Of a DNA stretch of 64,000 nt, positions 63,971-64,000 are shown in pieces. The position numbers and the translations under genes are program-made. The notes beneath the pieces were generated by a model. The model ran no database searches, was not told the origin of the DNA, and worked only from the letters and a program-made list of their open reading frames with translations. Source of the stretch: Squalus acanthias (lineage: Eukaryota); the NCBI GenBank assembly GCA_030390025.1, contig CM059433.1, forward strand, positions 22,136,001-22,200,000, written 5' to 3'. Every line of letters starts with the position of its first letter. Within the stretch, counting starts at the first letter, position 1.

Positions 63971-64000
63971 CTACCTTCCCCTTTCCTTCGCAACAATTAC

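Overview
Repeat-dense, apparently intergenic or intronic vertebrate DNA, almost certainly from a cartilaginous fish: it carries an HE1/V-SINE, Deu-domain (SacSINE1-like) SINEs and shark-type CR1, L2 and Penelope families. No intact host gene is present. Most of the window is PIF/Harbinger DNA transposons (convergent HARBI1-type transposase plus spliced Myb/SANT gene; at least 6 large decayed copies and many MITEs), nested with CR1, L2, Penelope, SINEs and solo LTRs. Two things stand out. (1) A two-LTR endogenous foamy-virus-like (Spumaretrovirinae-related) provirus at 21051-27558. It has ~1.45-kb LTRs, a 4-bp GATG TSD, a tRNA-Lys1,2-type PBS, a PPT, and foamy-like Gag-NTD, protease, RNase H and integrase remnants. 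Several internal deletions have removed the Gag core, the RT core and env. It sits inside a Harbinger that itself sits inside an older Harbinger. (2) A 567-bp TA-flanked pogo/Tigger-type MITE at 60355-60921 that appears to have captured a BUD13-like coding fragment (Pack-TIR-like). Penelope ends also carry minimal hammerhead-ribozyme motifs. All protein comparisons are by eye or from memory, not from database searches.
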